Assembly (NCBI RefSeq): GCF_009914755.1 | Contig: NC_060925.1 | DNA from: the human T2T-CHM13v2.0 reference genome, Homo sapiens | Reading direction: 5' to 3' (one strand) | DNA: 64,000 nt | Part shown: one piece after another, positions 43,701 to 58,498 of the stretch | How positions within the stretch are numbered: the first letter of the stretch is position 1 | Layout of the letters: each line of letters begins with the position of its first letter | Notes under the pieces: generated by a model | Database searches by the model: none | What the model was told of the DNA's origin: nothing | The model's input: only the letters and a program-made list of their open reading frames with translations | Program-made: the position numbers and the translations under genes

Positions 43701-46700
43701 TAGTTTTTTGATCCTCACCGTCTTCCCTCTCTCTTCCCTCAAGTAGGCCCCAGTGTCTGTTTTTCCCTTACTTGTGTTCATTATGTACTTGATATTGAGC
43801 TCCCAATTATAAGTGAGAACATGGCAATATTTGATTTTCTGTTCTTGTATTAGTTTGCTTAGAATAATGGCTGCCAGTTCTATCTGTGTTGCTGCAAAGG
43901 ACATGGTCTCATTCTTTTATATGGCTGTGTAGTTTTCCATGGTGTATGTGTACCACATTTTCTTTATCCAGTCTACCGTTGGTGGGCATCTAGGTTGATT
44001 CTATGTCTTTGTTATTGTGAATAGTGCTGCGATGAACATACATGTACATGTGTCTTTATGGTAGAATCATTAATATTCATTTGGGTATATACTCAAATAT
44101 GGGATTGCTGGGTCGAATGGTAATTCAGCTTTGAGTTCTCTGGGAAATCACCAAACTGTGTTCCACAGTGGTTGAACTAATTGCATTTCCACCAGCAATA
44201 TATAAGCATTTCCCTTTCTCTGCTTCCGTGCCAGCAGCTATTATTTTTTGACTTTTTAATAATAACAATTCTGGCTGGTGTGAGATAGTATCTCACTGTG
44301 GTTTTGATTAACATTATTTAATGATTAGTGACGTTGAGTACTTTTTCATATGCTTGTTGGATGCATGTACGTCTTTTCTTAAAAAGTGTCCATTCCTGTT
44401 CTTTGCTCACATTTAAATCAAGTAGTTTGTTTTTTGCTTTTTGTTTAGTTTTATATATATTCAGGATATTAGACCTTTGTCAAATGCATAGTTTACAAAT
44501 ATTTCCTCCCATTCTGTAGGTTGTCTGTTTACTCTGTTCATTTTTCTGTGCAGAATTTCTTTAGTTAATGAGGTGCCATTTGTCAGTTTTTGTGTTTTTT
44601 CCAATTGCTTTTGGAGTTTTTGTCATGGAGCCTTTGCCAAGTTCTACATCCAGAATGGTATCTCTTAGGTTATCTTCCAGGGTTTTTATAGTGTTAGGTT
44701 TTACATTTATCTTTAATTCATCTTGAGTCAATGTTTGTTTTGGTATAAGGAAGGGCTCCAGTTTCAATCTTCTGCATATAGGTGTCCAGTTATCACATCA
44801 CCATTTATTGAATGAGCAGTACTTGTTTTTGTTGACTTTAATGAAGATCAGATGGTTATAGGTATGTAGCATTATTTCTAGCCTCTCTATTATGTTCCAT
44901 TGGACTATGTGCCTGTTTTGTAACAGTACCATGCTGTTTTGGTTATTGTAGCCTTGTAGTAGTTTAAAGTTGGGTAATGGAATGCTTCCAGCTTTGTTCA
45001 TTTTGCTTAAGATGGCCTTTGTTATTCAGGCTCTTTTTGGTCCCACATGAATTTAAAAAAATAGTTTATTCTAATTCTGTCAAGAATGTCATTGGTAGTT
45101 TACTAAGAATAGCACTGAATCTGTAAATTGCTTTGGGAAGTATGGCCATTTTAAGAAAATCGATTCATCTTATCAATGAACATGAGATGTTTTTACATTT
45201 CTGTCATTTCTGTCATTTCTGTCATTTCTGTCATCTCCAATTTCTTTGAGTAGGGTTCTTGAGTAGGAGATTTTTCACCTCCTTGGTAAGCTGTATTCCT
45301 CTATCTTCTTTTTGTGGTTGTTGTGAAAGGGATTGCATTCTTGATTTGGCTGTCAGCCTGGATGTTGTTGTTATATAGGAATGCTTATGATTTTTTTGTA
45401 CATTGAAATTATATCCTGCAACTTTGTTGAATTGGTTATTTTGAGTAGAGACTGTGTGGTTTTCTAGGTATTAGAATAATATCATCTGCAAACAGAGATA
45501 GTTTGACTTCTTTTCATCCTAGTTGGATGCCCTCTATTTGTTTATTTATTTTGCCTGATTTCTCTGGCCAAGACTTTTAGTACTATATTGAATAGGAGTG
45601 GTGACAGGACATTCTTGTCTTGTTTTGGTTTTCAAGTGGAATGCTTAGAAATTTTGCCCATTCAATATGATGTTGGCTGTGTTTGTCATAGATGGCTCTT
45701 ATTATTTTGAAGTATATTACTTCAATGCATAGTTTATTCAGGCTTTTTGACATGAAGTGATGATGAAATTTATCGAAAGCCTTTTCTGCACCTGTTGAGA
45801 TGATTATGTGCTTTTAAAAAGTTCTGTTTTTGTGGTGAATCACATTTATTGATTTACATATGTTGAACAAAACTTGCATCCCAAGGATAGAGCTTACTTG
45901 ATCATGCTGCTGGATTTAGTTTGCAAGTATTTTATTGAGGATTTTTGCATCAGTATTCATCAAAGTTATTGGCCTGAAGTTGTCTTATTTTGTTGTGTCT
46001 CTGCTACATTTTGGTATCAGGATGACGTTGGCCTCATAGAAGGATTGAGGGTAGAGTCCCTTCTCAATTTTTTTGGAATAGTTTCAGTAGGAATGGTACC
46101 AGCTCTTATTCATAGATCTGCTAAAATTTGGCTGTGAATCTATCTTGTCCTGGGCTTTTTCTGGTTGGTAGGCTTTTTATTACTGATTCAATTTTAGAAC
46201 TCATTATTGGTCTCTTTAGGGATTCAATTTTCTCCCAGTTCAATCTTGGAAGGTTGTATGCTTCCAGGAATTTATTCATTTATTCTAGGTTTTCTAGGTT
46301 GTGTGCATAGAAGTAGTCTCTGAGGTTTTTTTTTATCCCCCTTTGGGGTCAATGGTAATGTCTTCTTTGTCATTTCTGATTGTGTTTATTTGGATCTTCT
46401 CTCTTTTCTTATTTATTTGTCTAGCTAGTGGTCCATCTATCCTACTAAATTTTCAAAAACAACAACAACAACAACAAAAAACAGTTCCTGATTTTTTCAC
46501 AGCTTCCTTTAGATCTGATTTTTTTTTTTTACTTGTCTTCTGCTCGCTTTGGGCTTAGTTTAGTCTTGTTTCTATTATTCTTCTAGTTGTGATGTTAGGT
46601 TGTTAATTTGAGATCTTTCTAACTTTTCAATTTGAGTGTTTCTCTCTTAAAACTGCTTTTGCTATATCCCAGAGTCTGGTATGTTGTATCTTTGCTCTCA

Positions 46701-46802
46701 TTTGTATCAAAGGGTTTCTTGATTCCTGTCTTAATTTCATTGTTTGCATATAAATAATTCAGGGGCAGATTGTTTATTTTCTGTGTAATTGTATAATTAT
46801 AA

Positions 46803-47329
<527 letters not shown>

Positions 47330-48131
47330 GAGTTCAGAAATATCTTTGTTGGTTGTCTGCCTTAATGATCTGTCTACTACTGCCAGTGGGGTATTGAGTC
47401 TCCAAGTATTATTGTATGGTTATCTAAGTCTCTTCATAGGTTTCTAGAAACTTGCTTATGAATCTGGGTGCCCTGGCTTTGGGTGCGTGTATGTTTAGGA
47501 TACTTAGATCTTGTTGAATTGAGTCATTTACCATTATGTAATGCTCTTCTTTGTATTCTTTGATCTCTTTTAACGTCTGTTTTGTCTGAAATTACAAAAG
47601 CAATCCCTGCTTTTTTCTGATTTCAATTTTTTGGTAGATTTCTTTCCATCTTATTACTTAGAGCCTATGGGTGTCATTGCATTTAAGACAGCATATTATC
47701 TTGAAGACAGCATATCATTTTATCTTGGTTCTTTATCTAGCTTGACACTGTGCCTTTTAATTTAGGCATTTAGCCTATTTATATTTAAGGTTAGTATTGA
47801 TATGTGTGGGTTTGATCCTGTCATTGAGTTGTGAACTAGTTATTATACAGACTTGTTTGTGTTGTTGCTTTATAGTGTCAATGGTCTATGCACATAAGTG
47901 AGTTTTTTGTTTTTCTTTTTGTTTTTAGTGGCTGGTTAGTGGTCTTACCTTTCCATATTTAGCTATATCTTCAGAAACTCTTGAAAGGCAGGTCTTGTGG
48001 TAATAAAGTCCCTTAGCATTTGCTTGTCTGAAAAAGATCTTATTTCTCCTTTGCTTATGAAGCTTAGTTTGGCTGAATATAAAATTATTAATTGGAAATT
48101 CCCATCTTTAAGAATGTTGAATATAGGCCCC

Positions 48132-48518
48132 TAATATGGTTTGACTCTATGTCCCCACCCAAATTTTATCATGAAGCATAAGTAATCCTCACAATTCCCA
48201 TGTGTTGAAGGTGGGACTTGGTGGGAGGTGATTGAATCATGGGTGTGTGTTTTCCCCATACTGTTCTCATGATGGTATGTGAGTTCTCATGAGATATGAT
48301 GGTTTTATAAGGGGTTCCTCCTCCTTCATTCATTGTTCTCTTTCTTGCCTGCCACCATGTAAGACATGCCTTTGCTTCTCTCTCGCCTTCTGCCATGATT
48401 GTATATTTCCTGAGGCCTCCCCAGCCATGTAGAACTGTGAGTCAATTAAACCTCTTTCCTTTATAAATTACCCAATCTCGGCTATGTCTTTATAGCAGTG
48501 TGAGAACAGACTAGTACA
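48132..48518 (+). mobile_element. THE1D-like solo LTR in ORF1 of the nested L1PA
   Basis: TAATATGGTTTGACTCTATGTCCCCACCCAAAT ... GAACAGACTAGTACA. Interrupts L1 sequence ATAGGCCCC|CAATCTC. Confidence 0.92.
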
Positions 48519-49870
48519 GCTGCCAATCTCTTCTGGCTTGTAGGTTTTCACCTGAAAGGTTTGCTATTAACCTGATGGGGCTCCCTTTGCAGGTTACTTC
48601 CCATTTTTCTCTGTCTGCCTTTAACATTTTTTTCTTTTATTTTAATCTTGGAGACTATGTGTCATGGGGATGATCTGATAAACATATGTCTTGGGAATGG
48701 TCTTCTTGTGTAGTATTTTTCAGGGGTTCTATGCATTTCTTGAATTTGAATGTTTACCTCTCTAGTGAGGTTGGGAAATTTTTCATGAGTGGATCCTAAA
48801 ATATGTATTTCACGTTGCTTGCTTTCTCTCATTCTCTCAGGGATGCCAATGAGTCATAGATTTGGTGTCTTTACATAATCCCATATTTCATGGAGGTTTT
48901 GTTTATTCTTCTTTATTGTTTCTTTCTTTTGGTCTAAGTTATATCAGTGAGCTCTGACACTGTTTCCTCAGCTTGGTCAATTCTGCTGTTAATACTTGTG
49001 ATTGTATTCTAAAATTCTTGTAATGAGCTTTTCAGCTTTATCTGATCAGATTGGTTCTTTCTTAAAATACCATTTCATTTTTCATCTACTATGTCATTTC
49101 ATTATCTTCCTTAGAATCCTTGGATTGAATTTTTACTTTCCCCTGAATGTCAGTGATCTTCCTTCCGATCCAAATTCTGAATTCTTTTTCTGGCATTTCA
49201 GCCATTTCAGCCTGATTAAGAACCATTGCTGGGAAACTAATACAGTTATCTGGAAGTAAGAAGACACTCTGGCTTTTTGAGTTGCCAGAGTTTTTGTCCT
49301 GGTTCTTTCTCTCTTTGGGGGCTGATATACCTTTAATCTTTGAAGCTGCTGTCGTTTGGATGGATTTTGTTTTGATTTTAGCTTCTTTAATATCCTTGAG
49401 GGTTTGATTATAGTCTAAGATGGGTTCAGTCTACTGGCTTCATTTCTGAAATAGTTTAGGGGGCTAAGGCTCAGCTCAGTACTCCAGTGTTGCGTGCTCT
49501 ATCTCTGGGTGGCAGGTATTGGGCTCTCGGCTTTGTTCTCTGGCCCATCGTGTTTAGGAACCTGCTACATTGGAGGAGCTGAGGTGTTACCAGACCACTG
49601 GGTGGTAACAATGCCTCCAATGGGTTGTGGCAGCCAAAGTTTTTTGTAAGAGGGCAGCGGCAGGTTCTGTGCTTGTTTGCACCTGCCAGCACCAGTGATA
49701 GCATGGCAGGGTGCATGCTTATTGCCTAGGGTGTGGCTCTGGTGGGCATGAGACTGCTGGCCTCTGAATGGACGTTCATAGTAGTGGTGGTGGCAGCTTA
49801 GCAAGCGGGTGGTTGTGGGGCAACAGGTTTCTGCATGTGTGTTTGCACCAGTGGTGGTGGTGGTGCAGGA

Positions 49871-50002
49871 ATGTAGTACTCAAAGTATAGGGTTTTTTTT
49901 TTTTAATTCAATTGAAGTTGTTATATGATTAAAATATACATTTTATAAGCTTATGATGTTTTATGTATTCTCCATTTCTAAAGGTGATCACAAAGAAAAT
50001 TC
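49871..50002 (+). mobile_element. Old L1M fragment (ORF1 end / inter-ORF region), antisense within the chimeric insert
   Basis: AAAGTATAGGGTTTTT..AATTGAAGTTGTTATATGATTAAAATA..ATGATGTTTTATGTA..GGTGATCACAAAGAAAA resembles L1M AAGTTGTTATCAG..AAGATGTTTTATGTAAGCC..GGTAACCACAAAG. Confidence 0.65.
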
Positions 50003-50304
50003 CTGGGTGTTTGGCTATGTCTCATGGCTCTTCACATTACATGGCTCTTTTATTTGCTCCAGACAGGTGATGAGGTCTGGCTTAGAGATTTTAAGACCCT
50101 AGGAAACCAGGTTTCTGTAGTTATCTAACATCACATTCTTATACAAATTCTGCTGTGCAGAGTTCAGTCATTCCTACTCCTCCAGAGAGAATTCTATGGC
50201 CTTTTTCCTGAATGTTAACAGTCTGTGCATTCCATAGGGTGACAAAAGTTGTGGCAGAGTCACCTCTGCCTCCCAGAGCTGAGGATAAGGAACAATGGAT
50301 ACAG
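50003..50304 (-). pseudogene. Processed KRAB zinc-finger gene 5' fragment (leader, KRAB-A and KRAB-B exons, ZNF91-type clade), no zinc fingers
   Basis: Minus 50224-50098 (127 nt) = [40 protein letters not shown]. Minus 50097-50003 (95 nt) = LKISKPDLITCLEQIKEPCNVKSHET/AKHP. No intron between them. Three stops and one 1-nt deletion. Confidence 0.95.
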
Positions 50305-52119
50305 TATATATGGCATTTATTGCTTTGAGGTAAGATTCTTCTATTCTTAGTTTGCTGAGTTTTCATCATGAATAAATGTTGAATTTTATCAAATATGTTT
50401 TCTGCATTTATTTATATGGTCATATGGTTCTGTCCTTCATTCTTTTCATGTGATGTATCACATTAATTGATTTGTGTATATTCCAACATCTTTTTATCCC
50501 TGGTACAAATCCCACTTGGTTATGCTGTTTTGTTTGTTTTTGTTTTTGATACGCTGTTGTATACAGTTTGCTAGTATTTCTTGAGAATGTTTGTGTCTCT
50601 CTTCATCTGTGGTATTGGCTTGTAGTCTTTTCCTTGCTGTGGTCCTGTTTGGTTTTGGTATCAGGGTGATGCTGGTCTTGGAGAATAAGTTAGGGAGAGC
50701 TCCTTCCATTTCAATGTTTTAAAAATAGTTAAGGAGTATTGGTATTATTTCTTCTTTATATATTTGGTAGAATTCAGCTGTGAATCCATCTGGTCCTGGG
50801 ATTTTGTTTGTTGAAAGACCTTATTTCTGATTTAATTTTGCTACTCATAATTGGTGTGTTCAGATTTTTCATTTCTTCCTGACTCAATCTTGGTAGGTTG
50901 TATGCTTCTAGAAATGTATCCATTTCCTTGAGGTTTTCCAGTTTGTTAGTGTATAGTTGCTCCTAATAGTCTCTGATGATCTTTTGTAATTTTGATTTTC
51001 TTTCTTTCTTTTCTTTTCTATTTTCTTTTCTTTCCCATTTCTGAGTTTGTTTATTTGGGTCTTTTCTCTTCTTTTCTTGATTAGTCTAGCTAGAGGTTAG
51101 TCAATTTTGCTTGTCTTCTGAAAAACCAACTGTTTGCTTCACTGATTCTTTGTATTATATTTTTAGTCTCTATTTCATTTAATTCCGCTCTGATCTTTAT
51201 TATTTTCTTCCTTCACTAATTTTGTGGGGATTTTTGTTGTTATTCTGTTTCCTTGATGTGCATTATTAAGTTGTTTATTTAAAATTGTCCTACTTTTTTG
51301 ATATAGGCATTTATTGCTATAAACTTCCCTCTTAGCACTCCTTTTTCTGTGTCTTACAAGTTTTGAAACGTTGTGTTTCCATTTTCATTTGTTTCAAGAA
51401 AATTTTAAATGTCCATCTTATTTTTTAAATTGAGCCAATGGTCATTTAGAAACATGTTGTTTAACTTCAGTGTATTTGTATTTTTTCTGAAGTTTTCCGT
51501 AATGTGAATTTCTGAATGTGAATTTCTGATTTTATGCTAATCTGGTCTGAGAAAATACTTGGTATAATTTTAATTTTAAAATATTTTTACACTTGTTTTG
51601 TGGCCCAACATATGGTCTATCTTGAAGAATTTTTATATGTTGATGAGAATAATATGTATTCTGCAATTGTTGGATAAAATGTTCTGTAAATGTTTCTTAG
51701 GTCTATCCAGTCTAGAGTCCCATTTAAATCTAATGTTTCTTTGTTGATATTCTGTCTAGATAATCTGTATAATGCTGAGAGTGGGGTGTTGAGGTCTCTC
51801 ACTATTATTTTATTGGAGTCTATCTCTCTCTTTAGATTTAGTAATCTAGTAAGTCTCTCTCTTTAGATATAGTAATATTTACTTTATGAATTGAAATTCT
51901 CCATTGTTGAGTTCATATATATTTACAACTTTTATATCCTCTTGATCTCTTTATCATTATATAGTGACCTTCTTTGTCATTTTTTAAAAAATTGTTTTGG
52001 ACTTAAAGTCTGTTTTATCTGATAACCGTATAGATACTTCTGCTTGCTTTTGGTTCTGTTTGTGTGAAATATCTTTTTCCTTTTCTTTACTTTGAGTCTA
52101 CATGTGTCTTTTCAGGTAA

Positions 52120-52150
<31 letters not shown>

Positions 52151-55100
52151 CTGCACATGGTTGGATCATGTTTCTTTGTTCAGCCAGTCTCTATCTTTGA
52201 AGTGAGGAATTTAATCAAGTTACATTCAAGGCTATTATTTCTATGTGATCTTTTTTACTATCATATTACTTTTATTTGATTTTTGTTTTTAATATTATTT
52301 GTTCCTTTCATTTTCTCTTATTGTTTGTCATAGTGATTTGGTGGTATACTGTAGTGGTAGCATTTGAGGCCATTCTCTTTCTCATTGTGTGTTTGGTTTA
52401 CCACTGAATTTTATACTTTTGTGTATGTTCTTGATTATAAATGTCATCCTTTTGCTTCTAAGCTTAGGACTCTCTCAAGCATTTCTTGTAGGACAGGTCC
52501 AGTCGTGATAAATTCCTTCAGCAGTTGCTCATTTGGAAAGACTTTATTTCTTGTTCATTTATGAAAGATAATTTTTAAAAATATATCCTTGGGTGACATT
52601 TTTTTTTCAGCACTTTGAATGTGTCATTTCATTCTCTCCTTTCCTGCAAGGTTTCTGCTGAGAAATTTTCTGTCAGTCTGATGAGAGTTCTTTTATAGGT
52701 GACTAGATGCTTTTTTCTTGCTGCTTTTAGTTTCTTGTCTTTTACTTTGTCTTAGTAAAAGACAATGTGGTATGTTTAACCACAATGTGGTATGAAGATG
52801 ACCATTTTGCATGATATCTGTTTGGGGATTTGGGGGCATTCTCTGTGTGGAAGTCTAGATGTCTTACTCAACTTGGGAAGTTTTAAGCTAATATTTTATT
52901 AAATAAATTTTCTAACCCTTTCATTTTCTCTTCAACTTTGGGGATACCAATAATTTGAATATTTGGTTGCTTTATATTGTCCTAAATGACACAGTGCTTG
53001 GCTTTTCTTTCTTTATTTTTTTTCTTTACTTTTGCTTGTCTGGATTAATTCAAAACACTTGTTTTCAAGTTCTGAGTTTTTTTTGCTGCTTGATTAGATT
53101 AATATATTGTTAAATTAAGATAGTACATCTATTGTTGAAGCTTTCAATTGCGTTTTATATTTTATTTATTCTTTATTTCCTGATTTCTGTTTGGTTCATT
53201 TTAAAGAATATCTAACTGATAAATTTTTCATTTATATTCAGAATTACTTTTCTGAATTTGTTGTATTTTTTTTAGAACTCTCTTGTATCTCATTGAGCTT
53301 CTTTAAAATCCATATTTTGAATTCTATGTTCAGTGATTTTGCAAATGTTATTTCAATTGGGATCTGTTGCTGTAGAATTATTGTGTTCCATTGGAAGTGT
53401 CAGATTTTTTTTGCTTTCCCATTTTTCCTGTATCCTTACATTGACATCCACACATCTGGTATAATAGTTGCTTCTTCCAATTTTTTTAGGTAGCTTTTGT
53501 GTAGGGGGACTTTTTCCTGAAGATATATATGTTTATGGTTGGGTAGGGCATTCTGGCTTTGATTTTAGTTGGTTGCAGCAGTGTGATCTCTGTAGAATTT
53601 CTTCAGATGTAAATTGCATCAGTGTTATCTGTGATTTCCTCAGTTGCTTAGAGTGCAGTTATCAGTAGATGCTGTGGTGAAGTTTTGCTGGGAAGTAAAA
53701 TGCTATGTGCGCCAGATGTTGTGTTCCCATGGTGGCAGCAGTGAGCTGAGTTTGTCTGTCCTTGGGCCTCACAGTGGCTTATCCTGGTACTGGTATTTTT
53801 GGGCCCAGGCAGTTCTGTGTTAGGTCTTCTTATGGTTTGCCCAGATGTTGTTGGTGGCAGCAGTGGGCTGGGTCTGTGGCAGGTTCTTGAACCCCTAGGC
53901 AGCTGGTGTGATGTTGGCAATGGCATTATTAGTGGTGGAGCAAACCAGTGGAACCCAAGCAGTTCATGCCAGTGTTTGTGGTGGCTGCCACAGGTGGTGG
54001 TACTTGTGGGTGGTTGCCAACTACATTGGGCAACCTGCAGAGGCAGGTTGTTTCTGCCCCTGAGAGGAGTGTTCAGGTACCAACAGTGATAGTCTGGGCT
54101 GTGTGATTTCTAGGCAACAGACAGCATGATCAATACTAGGGGAATGAGATTGGGCCAGCTAACTTATTCGCAGGCCCCTTGCTAATGTGTTCAGATGCTG
54201 GTTGTGACAGGAAGGGTTGGGTGGTACCCAGGCTGCTAGCAGAATTTTCAGGTGTGTTCAGCGGCAGCTGCACTGCAGGACTGCCACTGGAAAGGATGAG
54301 GCCACTGTCAGTGAGTGCAGTATAGGAAGGTAGTTGTGGGACAGATAGTTTCTTAGTACCTCAGTTTCACAGCAGCCACCCACAGTGGTGATAGCATTTG
54401 TCATTAAAGTGTGTGAAAGTACTGTCTCCCATCTCCTTCTTGGCTCAGCAGAGGAATCCATGGCGTTAGCACTGTCTCAAAGGCAGGACACAGATCTTTG
54501 GAGGCTAGGTTATCAGAATTTCACCAGCTGCGGGCCTGAACTTGGGAAGGTGGGGCTACTGTCAGTGGCTGCATAGGCAAGTAGCTGTGAAGAGTGAAAT
54601 TTGACTGTGTGTCAGTCCCACAGGAGTCCACAGCAGCAGCAGGGAGATTTGTCCTCAGGGTGCACAAAGGTGCCTGGCTTTCCCTCTCCCTCCTTAGTTC
54701 AGCAGTGACTTTGGCAGCATTGGCCAGCACAGGACACAGTTCTTTGGGAGTTTAGCTCGCTGAATGGTGCCAAGCTGTAGTTTCTTAGGATCAGAAGCCT
54801 GTGGGAGTCTATGTGAGCTCCCTCTCTGTATCAATGCCTCTGTACAATCTCTAGGAAGCTCCCTATGTTAGTATCAAGGCCAATGTGGGTCGATGGGCTG
54901 TCCCATAGCTAGGATTGTCAAAGACTATTGTGAAGGTGTGGAACTCTGAGGATCACTGTCTTACCTTTTCTCGACATGTGGGAGCTTCTTCAGGGTCCCA
55001 GCCAATCTCAGTCAAGCAGGTTGACTTGCTTCTGTCTCCTTACTCGCTTTTGGTGCTCTCTGTCACTTCTCTGTTTAATCTTATTGTTTGCTCTTAGATG

Positions 55101-55541
55101 ATTTATTCAAATTGTGACTATTTACTTGCTGTTACGCTTTTTCTCTGTGGAGTAGGAATTCACTGGTTGCATCCATCAGCCATATTGAACTCAAGTCTCC
55201 CATATTTGCTTTTTAAAACAGGAACCTCAGTGTTTCATATCATTCATAATGATCTTTTGCATAAATCATATCCCATACAAATTTTTGAATAAAGAATTAA
55301 AGAGTAAGTTGTTCAATTAACCTATTTTCTGGGATAGGTCTTCTCTCAATGTATTTGAGAGAGAATTTTAGCAAAATACAGCTATAATTTGGGCTGCTAA
55401 TTGAATTTAGGTAAACAAGCACCCTCGTCTTGAATACTCTATCTACCATCAAAAGAATATTAAACAAACAAACATGAAAACATCTCAGGTCTAATAACAC
55501 ATTAATCAACAAAACTATCTTCATCAATGTTTGAGCTAATA

Positions 55542-55748
55542 CAGGAATTGGTAAACTGTTGCCAGCAGACCATTTTTTGTAAATAAGGTTTGTTTTGGAA
55601 CACAGCCGATCTATTCACTTACATCTTGTTTAGGGTTGATTTTGTTCTACAACAGCAATGTTGAATGGTTGCTACCAAGCCAATATTGACAGCAAAGCCT
55701 AAAATGTTCACTATCTGGCTCTCTACGGAAAACATTTGTCCATTCCTG
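55542..55748 (+). mobile_element. MER58A-like hAT DNA transposon relic
   Basis: CAGG...TTTTTGTAAATAAGGTTTGTTTTGGAACACAGCC...GCAAAGCCTAAAATGTTCACTATCTGGC...CCTG. Confidence 0.85.
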
Positions 55749-56021
55749 ACTAGAAGAACCCTAAATTAGAAACCAAGACCAAGATGTTCTTTCTTGATAA
55801 ATACGTCCATTTAGCTGAGAACACTTACTTTTGTATATGACTAAAATTGACATCCACGTGGCACTAAAATACCTGAGAGAAAAAAAATGTAATGAACTAA
55901 AATATATTGATAGGTTGTAAAATTTGTTAGGGATCACTCTGATTTCACTTTTTTCTTGTTAAACATTGTTCAATGGTAAAATTTCATATTAACTGTTACA
56001 TTTTATTTTATTTTGCATGTA

Positions 56022-58498
56022 GTATTTATTTATTCATTCATTCTTTCCAACTTTTAGTTTCAAGGGGTACATATGCTGAATTGTTACAAGGGTAAATTTC
56101 ATGTCACATGGCTTGGTGTAGAGAGAATACTGTGACCCAGGTAATTAGCATAATACTCAATAGGTAGTTTCTCAATTTTCACCCTCCTCCCAGCCTACAC
56201 TCTCAAATATAGGCCCCAGTGTCTATTGTTCCCTTCTTTTTGTCCATGTGTACTCAATGTTTAACTCCCACTTATAAGTGAGAACATGGCAAATATTTGG
56301 TTTTCTGTGCCTGTGTTTTCTGTGCCTGTGTTAATTCACTTAGGCTATTGGCCACCAACTCCATCCATGTTACTGCAAGGGATGTCATCTCATTTTTTTG
56401 TGACTGCATAGTATTGCATGGTGTATATATACAACATTTTCTTTATCTAGTCCACCGTTAATTGGGCATAAAGGTTGATTCCATGTCTTTGCTATTATGA
56501 ATAGTTTTGTGATGAACATACATGGGCATGTGTCTTTATGGTAGAACAATTTATATTTCTTTGTATATACCCAAATATGGGACTGCTAGGTAAAATGGTA
56601 GTTCCATTTTAAGATCTTGGAGAAATTTCCACTCTGTTTTCCACAATGTCTGAACTAATTACATTCCCACCAGCACTGTATAATCATTTCCTTTTCCCTT
56701 CATCCTAGCCAGAATCTGTTAATTTTGACTTTTTAGTAATAGCCACTCTGGCTAGTGTAAGATAGTATCTCATTGTGGTTTTTATTTGCATTTCCCTAGT
56801 GATTAGTGATATTGAGTATTTTTTTCATATGCTTGTTTGCCACATGTATGACTTCTTTTGAAAAATGTCTGTGTCCTTTGCCCACTTGTAAATGAAGTTG
56901 TTTTTGATTGGTAATTTGTTTAAGTTCTTGATTGGTAATTTGTTTAAGTTCTTTATGAATTCTGGAAATTAGGCCTATATCGGATGTATAGCTTGTGAAT
57001 ATTTTCTCCCATTCTGTAAGTTGTCTGTATACTCTGTTGGTTATTTTTTCTTTTCTTTTCTTGCTTTTTTTAATTGTGCAGAAGCTCTCTAGTTTAATTA
57101 GGTGCCATTTGTCAATTTTTATTTTTTTTGCAATTGCTTTTAGAGTCTTCGTCATGAAGTCTTTGCCTGGCCAATGTCCAGAATGGTATGTTATAGATTT
57201 TCTTCAAGGGTTTTAAAGTTTTAGGTTTTGCCTTTAAGTCTTTAATCCAACTTGAGTTGATTTGTATGTATGGTAAAAGGTAGGGCCCAATTTCAGTATT
57301 CTGCATATGGGTAGCCAGTTATCCCATCATCATTTAGTGTATGAGCAATCCTTTCACCATTGCTTGCCTTTGCTCACTTTTTTGAAGATTAGATGGTTGT
57401 AGTTGTAAGCTTTATATTTACATTCTCTAAACTGTTCCATTGGTGTATGTGTCTGCTTTTGTACTAGTACTATGCTGTTTTGGTTACTGTTGCTTCGTTG
57501 TATAGTTTGAAGTTGAGTAATGTGATGCCTTCAGCTTTGTTCTTATCACTGAGGATTGCTTTGGCTATTTGGGTTTTATTTGGTTCCAAATGAATTTTAT
57601 AGTATTGTTTTGTAATTCTGTGAATAAAAAGTTTTTAGTAGTTTGATAGGAATAACACTGAATCTATAAATTTTGTGGGGCATGATGGCCATTTTAGGAA
57701 CATTGATTCTTCCTATCTATAAGCATATGTTTTTTCATTTATTTGTGTTGTCTCTGATTTCTTTCGGCAGTGTTTTGTAATTCTCATTGTAGAGATCTTT
57801 CATGTCCTTGGTTAGCTGTATTCCTAGGCATTTTAATCCTTTTTGTAGCTATTGTGAATGGTATTACATTCTTGATTTGGCTTTCAGCTTGGATGTTATT
57901 GGTGTATAGAAATGCTACTAATTTTTGTACGCTGATTGGAGTCCTGAAACTTTGCTAAGGTTGTTTATCAGCTCAAGAAACCCTTTGGCAGAAATTACAG
58001 GCTTTTGTAGGTATACTATTATGTCATCTGTGAAGTAAGATGTTTTGACTTCCTCTCTTCCTATTTAGATGCCTTCTATTCCTTCCCCTTGCCTAAATGC
58101 TCTGGTTAGGACTTCCAGAACCACGTTAAATAGGAGTGGTGTGAGAGTGAGCATCCCTGTCTTGTTTCAATTCTCAAGGGGAATGCTTCCCAGTTTGACC
58201 ATTCAGTATATTGTTGACTGAAGGTTTACTGTAGATGGCTCTTATTATTTTGATGTATGTACCTTAGATGCCTAGACTCTTGACTGTTTTTAACATGAAA
58301 GGATGTTGAATTTTATCAAAAGCCTTTTCTGCATCTATCGAAATGATCATATGCTTTTTGTTTTTATTTCTGTTTGTGGGCTGAATCATATTTATTAATT
58401 TACATATGTTGAACCAAACTTGCATTCCAGGAACAAAGCCCACTTGATTGTGTGGGCTTTTTTATGTGCTTTTTATGTGCTTGAGAATTCAGTTTGCC
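56022..58498 (-). mobile_element. L1PA15/16-like, 5'-truncated, about 2.5 kb
   Basis: 3' end CAACTTTTAGTTTCAAGGGGTACAT..GGGTAAATT and decayed ORF2 ([15 protein letters not shown]). Confidence 0.9.

Noticed and set aside
50003-50230. Functional KRAB-only microprotein gene
   Set aside because: The KRAB frame has TAG, TGA and TAG stops plus a 1-nt deletion, and the conserved DV motif is changed to KK. It is a pseudogene. No parent gene symbol is assigned because several ZNF paralogues fit similarly.
50139-50369. 76-aa minus-strand ORF overlapping the KRAB fragment
   Set aside because: It starts in the host L1MA, crosses the TSD and reads KRAB-A in the wrong frame.
56903-56953. 24-bp tandem duplication (also TTTCTGTCA x4 near 45200 and a 15-bp duplication near 56301)
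   Set aside because: Ordinary slippage inside decayed L1. There is no repeat-spacer structure, so it is not CRISPR-like.
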